Origin: Candidatus Micrarchaeota archaeon
GTDB taxonomy: Archaea; Micrarchaeota; Micrarchaeia; Micrarchaeales; CABMGC01
NCBI GenBank assembly: GCA_021797745.1
Contig: JAJZZD010000005.1
Location: forward strand, 1,438-65,437
Reading direction: 5' to 3'
Length of the DNA stretch: 64,000 nucleotides
Both the position numbers and the translations under genes were made by a program. Shown here piece by piece: positions 45,856 through 51,115 of the stretch. Every line of letters begins with the position of its first letter. Positions within the stretch are counted from its first letter, which is position 1. Under the pieces are notes generated by a model. That model had not been told where the DNA came from, searched no databases, and was given only the letters and a program-made list of their open reading frames with translations.

Positions 45856-48522
45856 TTAAACAGTGGACGCAGCAGCGAACTTTTTCTTAAGCTCCGCCTG
45901 CGCAGCAGCAAGCCTTGCAACCGGAACGCGGTACGGTGAACAACTCACGTAGTCAAGCCCCGTTTCGTTGAAGAACTCTATTGACTTAGGGTCTCCGCCA
46001 GTTTCCCCGCACACTCCGACAACTAACTTTTTGTTTTTGTCTTTTCCTTCTGAAGTGGCAATTGACACAAGTCTTCCCACGCCGTCGTAGTCCAAGGTTC
46101 CGAATGGATTTTCCGCAATTAATTTGTTTTCGATGTAAAACGGCATGAGTTTTGATTCCACATCGTCTCTGCTAAAGGCAAATGTCGCTTGTGTGAGGTC
46201 GTTTGTCCCGAATGAGAAAAAGTCGGCATACTCTGCAATTGTTTTTGCAGTCAATGCGGCCCTGGGCGTTTCTATCATTGTGCCAACTTTATAACTGATT
46301 GAAACTCCGTAGTCATTCAAAATCCTATCTGCAGTTTTCTCCACTATCTCGCGTGCCTTTCTAAATTCACCCACCGTAGCCACCTGCGAAATCATGATTT
46401 CGGGTTCGACGTCCACCCCATCTTTCTTAAGCTCCGCCGCAGCCTCCATTATCGCCTCAACCTGCATCACATATATCTCAGGATACATGAGCGAGAGCCT
46501 GACACCTCGCTGCCCCATCATTGGATTGTACTCCCTCAATTCATTGACGCGTCTGAGTACCTTTTCACTTTCTTTCAGCTCCTCACTCCCTTTTCTTTTC
46601 ATTCTGAGTTCAGTGACTTTTACTAGTATGTCGTCCAATTTCGGCAGGAATTCATGCAGCGGCACGTCAAGGAGCCTTATCGTGACGGGAAGGCCGTGCA
46701 TGGCTTTGAGTATGTTTTTGAAATCGCCCTTCTGCATAGGTTTTATTTCATCCAAGTACTTTCTCCTTTCCTCAGCAGTGCCCGCAAGTATCATTTTCCT
46801 GACGATGTCAAGCCTCTCCTGCACATTGAACATGCGCTCCGTCCTGTCAAGGCCTATTCCCTGCGCGCCGTTTTGCCTTGCCTTCTCTGCCATTTCAGGA
46901 GTATCTGCATTTGCCATTACCTGGAGCCTCCTGAACTTATCGGCCCATTCGAGCAGCGCGGCGACGTCGCCTGAAATTTTCGGTTCAACGAGCGGCATTT
47001 CGCCAGCGAACACAAGCCCGCTTCCCCCGTCTATTGTTATCATATCTCCTTTTTTGAGCGTCTTGCCTTTTACATTTAGAGAATCGCGCCGCACGTCTAT
47101 TTTCATTTCCTCCGCGCCAACTATGCATGGTTTGCCCATACCTCTTGTCACAACCGCCGCATGGCTTGTCATGCCTCCGCGGCTCGTGAGCACGCCATCT
47201 GCTGCCGCTATTCCTGCTATGTCCTCGGGCGTGGTTTCCGGCCTTACTAATATTATTTTCTCATTCTTTTTTCTTGCCGACTGTGCATCTTCTACTGTGA
47301 ACACTATCTTTCCTATCGCAGCGCCAGGAGCTGCAGGAAGCCCCTTAGCCAGCGGTTCTGCCTTCGCATTTTTGTCGATTTGTTTGTAAAGCAGCCTCTC
47401 CAACTGGCCTGTTTCCACCCTTAAAACCGCTTCCTCTTTCGATATTAATTTTTCTTTTGCCATGTCCAATGCTATTTTTACCGCCGCATTCGCCGTTCTT
47501 TTACCGTTTCTTGTCTGCAGCATGTACAGTTTGCCACTCTCAACAGTGAACTCTATGTCCTGCATGTCCTTGAAATGCCCCTCTAGTGTTTTGAAAATGC
47601 TCATTAATTCATCATAAGCTTTCGGGACCTGTTCTCTGAGCCTGCTGACAGGCTCCGGAGTTCTTATCCCTGCGACAACGTCCTCGCCCTGCGCCTTCAT
47701 CAGGAACTCCCCGTAAACCTTCTTTTCGCCAGTCGATGGGTCCCTGGTAAAAGCTACGCCCGTTCCTGATTTATCGTCGAAATTTCCATATACCATCATG
47801 ACCACGTTAACAGCAGTTCCAAGGCTGTCGGATATGTTGTATATCTTCCTGTACTCTATCGCGCGCTGGTTCCACCAGGAATTAAACACTGCGCCTATTG
47901 CCATCATAAGCTGCTCCCTCGGTTCTTGCGGCAGCTCCTTTCCAGTATCCTTCTTTATCAACTCCTTGTATCTTTTCACAACCTCTTGCCAGCCTTCCGC
48001 GCTGACGCTTACATCATTTTTCGCTCCTGACTCTTCCTTGTACCTTTCCAGTATCGTGTCGAACTTTTCTCCAGGAACATTCATTACTATCTTTCCAAAC
48101 AGCTGAATGAATCTGCGGTACGTGTCATATGCAAAACGCGCGTCGCCAGTCTTGCTAGAAAGCGCTTCTGCTATCCTGTCGTTTATGCCGAGGTTTAACA
48201 CGGTGTCCATCATTCCGGGCATCGACATCGGCGCTCCGGACCTGACAGAAACAAGGAGCGGTTTTCCGGCATCGTCAAACTTTTTGCCAGTATTCCTCTC
48301 AAGTTTCAAAACATTATTAAGAATTGATTTCTCAAGTTCAGGCCACATTCTCTTGCCTTTTTTGAAAAATTCGTTGCACATGTTAGTGGTTATTACGAAC
48401 CCTGCAGGCACAGGCAATCCGAGCTTTGTCATCTCGACCAGACCGAAACCCTTTCCGCCAAGGACTTTCTTGCTAATATCTTTTTTTGGTACCTCGTCGA
48501 ACAAGAACACTTCTGCTTTCAT
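45856..48522 (-). CDS. ppdK: Pyruvate, phosphate dikinase
   Basis: 888 aa. N-terminal ATP-grasp (GGKGFGLVEMTKLGLPVPAGFVITT), phosphohistidine domain (GGMTSHAAVVTRGMGKPC), and C-terminal PEP-utilising TIM barrel (FFSFGTNDLTQ, CGE). Confidence 0.96.
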   Translation of the reverse strand: MKAEVFLFDEVPKKDISKKVLGGKGFGLVEMTKLGLPVPAGFVITTNMCNEFFKKGKRMWPELEKSILNNVLKLERNTGKKFDDAGKPLLVSVRSGAPMSMPGMMDTVLNLGINDRIAEALSSKTGDARFAYDTYRRFIQLFGKIVMNVPGEKFDTILERYKEESGAKNDVSVSAEGWQEVVKRYKELIKKDTGKELPQEPREQLMMAIGAVFNSWWNQRAIEYRKIYNISDSLGTAVNVVMMVYGNFDDKSGTGVAFTRDPSTGEKKVYGEFLMKAQGEDVVAGIRTPEPVSRLREQVPKAYDELMSIFKTLEGHFKDMQDIEFTVESGKLYMLQTRNGKRTANAAVKIALDMAKEKLISKEEAVLRVETGQLERLLYKQIDKNAKAEPLAKGLPAAPGAAIGKIVFTVEDAQSARKKNEKIILVRPETTPEDIAGIAAADGVLTSRGGMTSHAAVVTRGMGKPCIVGAEEMKIDVRRDSLNVKGKTLKKGDMITIDGGSGLVFAGEMPLVEPKISGDVAALLEWADKFRRLQVMANADTPEMAEKARQNGAQGIGLDRTERMFNVQERLDIVRKMILAGTAEERRKYLDEIKPMQKGDFKNILKAMHGLPVTIRLLDVPLHEFLPKLDDILVKVTELRMKRKGSEELKESEKVLRRVNELREYNPMMGQRGVRLSLMYPEIYVMQVEAIMEAAAELKKDGVDVEPEIMISQVATVGEFRKAREIVEKTADRILNDYGVSISYKVGTMIETPRAALTAKTIAEYADFFSFGTNDLTQATFAFSRDDVESKLMPFYIENKLIAENPFGTLDYDGVGRLVSIATSEGKDKNKKLVVGVCGETGGDPKSIEFFNETGLDYVSCSPYRVPVARLAAAQAELKKKFAAASTV

Positions 48523-48561
48523 TTATTCACCATCAATCGAAACACAACCGATATATTTGTA

Positions 48562-48702
48562 TTATCTTTTCCCTTCCGCGCATACGGTACACATTCCCTT
48601 GTTGCTTATGTAGTGGAGTTCGCAGACATGTTTGCCGCATAGCGTGCATACATGCAGGCTTGGCATGCCGCATATGTAGCATAAAGTATGTACGTCAGGC
48701 AT
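48562..48702 (-). CDS. Small Cys/His-rich zinc-finger protein (46 aa), not in ORF track
   Basis: Manual translation gives MPDVHTLCYICGMPSLHVCTLCGKHVCELHYISNKGMCTVCAEGKR. The pattern CxxC-x8-CxxC-x3-C-x2-H-x9-CxxC looks like a HIT-like or treble-clef finger. It lies 40 nt upstream of ppdK on the same strand. Confidence 0.45.
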   Translation of the reverse strand: MPDVHTLCYICGMPSLHVCTLCGKHVCELHYISNKGMCTVCAEGKR

Positions 48703-48801
48703 GATATCACGGGCGTTGCCAGAATACCTGCTCATAAATAAGCAGTGAATTACTTACTTGGCTAACTAATTGTTTGCGAATAACCTTTTACATGTTTGCT
48801 G

Positions 48802-49422
48802 TCATTTCGTTATTCCACGTTTCTCGAGACTCTTTACCTCTCTCTCCAACTCAAAGATGCTCTTTTCCAGCACATAGCGCAGGAACACAACGATAATGAC
48901 TCCCAGCACAATCACTAATATGCCGCCATAGCTTATGTGAAATAATACAAAGGCAAACGCTATGGCCGCAGCAGGAGGATGGTCGCTTCTTGTGATAACG
49001 CTTAGCACTATCACTCCGAACAAAACAAATGCGGAAATGATATATATGGGAAACACTGCTAGACCAAGGCTTCCAAGAAATCCTATTACTCCCGCTATTA
49101 AATAACTTTTAACGAACTTTCCTATTTTTGCCATTTTTGAATTTGGCATTATGAACATTATGAAAATACTGCTTGCAAAAGAAGAAAATATAACTGCGGA
49201 TGTGCCAACGCCAGATATCGCATCTATCTTAAAATAAACAAGCAGGAAGACAAGCATTGAAAGTGCAACCGATGCCAGAATCGCAGGAACTATCCGTATT
49301 TTCATTCTGCCTAAAGCTTCCCTGACGTTTTCAGGCTCGTGCTCTATGTATCCTTTTACTGTTTTGTAACTATTTGTGTTTATTCCGTCTATTCTGTGCC
49401 TGCGACTTTTTATTTTTGCCAT
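48802..49422 (-). CDS. HPP-family membrane protein
   Basis: 4-5 TM with the eponymous motif in TRSDHPPAAAIAFAFV. Confidence 0.7.
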   Translation of the reverse strand: MAKIKSRRHRIDGINTNSYKTVKGYIEHEPENVREALGRMKIRIVPAILASVALSMLVFLLVYFKIDAISGVGTSAVIFSSFASSIFIMFIMPNSKMAKIGKFVKSYLIAGVIGFLGSLGLAVFPIYIISAFVLFGVIVLSVITRSDHPPAAAIAFAFVLFHISYGGILVIVLGVIIVVFLRYVLEKSIFELEREVKSLEKRGITK

Positions 49423-49479
49423 ACTTTCTATTTGAATATCTTTATTTATTAAAGCAGATGCGAATCCATTGCTTAATTG

Positions 49480-49690
49480 TCAGAACCGGCGCAATCGCAA
49501 GAATATAACAATTATGGCTCCGGATACAATGACTATTATTCCAGAGTAGTCTCTGCGGAATAGAACGAATGCAAATGCCAGAGCCGCGGCAGGCTGGCGG
49601 CCGCTCCCATCACCGTGCTCAACACTATGATTCCGCGCAATACTGGCGTCGAAACAATGAATAATAGAAATATTGCCAGAACCTCATTGA
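49480..49690 (-). pseudogene. Truncated, frameshifted paralog of the adjacent HPP gene (C-terminal about 70 codons only)
   Basis: Minus-strand frames read LAIFLLFIVSTPVLRGIIVLSTVMG, then after a frameshift RQPAAALAFAFVLFRRDYSGIIVIVSGAIIVIFLRL*. The intact neighbour reads LAVFPIYIISAFVLFGVIVLSVITRSDHPPAAAIAFAFVLFHISYGGILVIVLGVIIVVFLRY. The HPP motif is lost. Confidence 0.65.
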
Positions 49691-49706
49691 TTTGTTTTAA
49701 TTCTGC

Positions 49707-49913
49707 TCAATCTATGCGCAAAACCAATACCATTACTTCTTTGCCTTTATATTGGTCTAGTTCTTTGCCCGCCACTCTTATTTCGGCGTACGTATACTTT
49801 TTTTGCCCGCGTTTTATGTTTTTGACGTCAATTCTTTCATTTACTTTTGTTCTAAAACTTAGAAATGGGCAACCTTTTTTGTCTGTTTCTATTTTGTTTT
49901 TTGTGTTGGTCAT
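49707..49913 (-). CDS. Small basic hypothetical protein
   Basis: 68 aa with an ATG start (MTNTKNKIETDKKGCPFLSFRTKVNERIDVKNIKRGQKKYTYAEIRVAGKELDQYKGKEVMVLVLRID). An AT-rich TATA-like sequence lies upstream. No family recognised. Confidence 0.35.
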   Translation of the reverse strand: MTNTKNKIETDKKGCPFLSFRTKVNERIDVKNIKRGQKKYTYAEIRVAGKELDQYKGKEVMVLVLRID

Positions 49914-50576
49914 TAAATCACCGCAAAATATTCTACCAGAAAATTCATATATTATATATCTATCCGTGCTTCTTTATTCTGTAAGAAAGGCTTAAATATC
50001 CAAGTGTGTCAGTGTGTCAATAGTGGGTTGGTGGATGAAAGAAACTAGTAATGGTCGGACAGACGCCATGACATCAGAAGACGATAAAGGCTATAAAGAT
50101 CAAATAGAGGAGTGGCCGCGCAGAATCGTTTCATTGGAGAACGCGCGCGAAATATGGTGCTACCTTCTCCACGCGCGCCTGAATGGCGTTCCCCAAAAAC
50201 GGATAAGGTAACCATGAGCAGGCCTGTCGCACAGTACTTGCCCGTATCACCCAAGAGCACCGTCAGCAAGGCAGGTAATGCAAACTCTCTCCCGACCTTC
50301 AAAAGCGCACTAGAAGCGCACTTAGCAGCACCACGGGTAGAACGGCGTTATTACAGGGCCGCACGCCACAAGGCGAATTCGGCGTTTTGAAGCGTCTCTT
50401 GTAGACCCTGTGAAGGACCGCCTTGAGCTCTTCGAGCTTCGATTTGGGCAGGCTGTTGGCCAGCTCCTCCAACCGGCTTGAAAACTCGCTGAAGACGAAC
50501 ACCGAACCTGCGTTCCCTCGCGTTTTAACCATGCCGAGCCCGCCGTGAACGGACCCTCCGCTCCGAAGACAAAAAC

Positions 50577-50673
50577 TGGCGCCTTGGCCGGGATTCGAAC
50601 CCGGGTCTCAAGCGAGCTGCCGCCTAAAAAGGCGTTGACAGGCTCGAATGCTGGACCACTACACTACCAAGGC
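50577..50673 (-). tRNA. tRNA-Asp (anticodon GUC) with a 21-nt canonical-position intron and genomically encoded CCA
   Basis: Acceptor GCCTTGG/CCAAGGC, discriminator G, then CCA. The mature anticodon arm is CGAGC-CTGTCAC-GCTTG. T-arm CCGGG-TTCGAAT-CCCGG. The intron forms a textbook helix-bulge-helix-bulge-helix motif. Confidence 0.85.
50615..50635 (-). other. tRNA-Asp intron (ACGCCTTTTTAGGCGGCAGCT), position 37/38
   Basis: Central 4-bp helix CTGT/GCAG, 3-nt bulges CA|A and CT|C carrying the splice sites, and inner helix CGCC/GGCG with loop TTTTTA. Confidence 0.8.
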
Positions 50674-50941
50674 TTGGTTCAACCGTATTAAGCTTCAATG
50701 AAAGCAGCGTTAAAGATACTATCATGAAAGCTATGTTTGCTATTAGTATTGGAAAGGAATTTAATTCAATCCCATACACTATCCAAAGAGCAAACGCCGC
50801 AGACAGGAATATCAGCCACGAAACTGAAAGGTCTTTTGTGGACTTAGTCCTTGCTGCTTTTATTACCTGGGGGATATATGCTATTATGTTGAGCGCCCCT
50901 GCGGCAAAACCTATGAGTGAAATATAAAATACGCTTATCAT
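50624..50941 (-). CDS. PQ-loop / SemiSWEET-like 3-TM transporter
   Basis: IGFAAGALNIIAYIPQVIKAARTKSTKDLS carries the PQ motif, and there are three TM helices. The ATG at 50941 is preferred over the GTG at 50959. The last 50 nt, including the stop codon, overlap tRNA-Asp on the same strand. Confidence 0.55.
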   Translation of the reverse strand: MISVFYISLIGFAAGALNIIAYIPQVIKAARTKSTKDLSVSWLIFLSAAFALWIVYGIELNSFPILIANIAFMIVSLTLLSLKLNTVEPSLGSVVVQHSSLSTPF

Positions 50942-50973
50942 GAAATCACTGTTGCGCACGAATACGCTTGCAT

Positions 50974-51059
50974 TCCCGCTGGCCGGGGTCGAACCAGCAA
51001 CCTATCGGTATCTACTTTACAAGCTACAGCCGATCGCTCTGCCATTGAGCTACAGCGGG
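50974..51059 (-). tRNA. tRNA-Tyr (anticodon GUA) with a 14-nt intron at 37/38
   Basis: The C1:G72 acceptor pair (CCCGCTG/CAGCGGG) is the archaeal/eukaryal Tyr identity element. Anticodon arm ATCGG-CTGTAG|intron|A-CCGAT. T-arm GCTGG-TTCGACC-CCGGC. Discriminator A. Confidence 0.85.
51010..51023 (-). other. tRNA-Tyr intron (CTTGTAAAGTAGAT)
   Basis: Bulges AG|C and AT|A flank a weak central helix CTGT/GTAG (two G.U pairs). The inner part is only TT-GTA-AA, so the motif is a relaxed BHB/BHL. Confidence 0.7.
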
Positions 51060-51115
51060 TTTGGTATTTAATAACTGCAAGCAGTATATAAATATGTTCG
51101 TCGGTGTAAACTTTC

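Noticed and set aside
46394-47389. 331-aa plus-strand ORF (and other long antisense ORFs at 47798-48613, 39240-39881, 53311-53937, 55022-55567, 59807-60421)
   Set aside because: All lie antisense within strongly supported genes (ppdK, rpl22, the AAA ATPase, speB, nuoI/nuoH). They have Ser/Leu/Pro-rich shadow-frame composition.
50045-50390. Track ORFs 50112-50390 (+), 50045-50302 (-) and 50014-50211 (+) as genes
   Set aside because: They overlap one another, have no start context and show unprotein-like Arg/Ala/Pro-rich sequences typical of GC-rich non-coding DNA. Only the first ~50 codons of 50299-50532 look protein-like, and that is mentioned only as a possibility.
50100-50570. Calling this GC-richer segment SRP (7S) RNA or RNase P RNA
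   Set aside because: I found only partial motif resemblances, and they lie on opposite strands. The plus strand has GAGCACCG...AAGGCAGG, reminiscent of the helix-8 3' side. The minus strand has CCUGUAAU, reminiscent of the Alu-domain U-turn, and GAAGGUAGCA. I could not build the required long-range helices or find a GNAR tetraloop in context. It is left as an open question that needs cmsearch.
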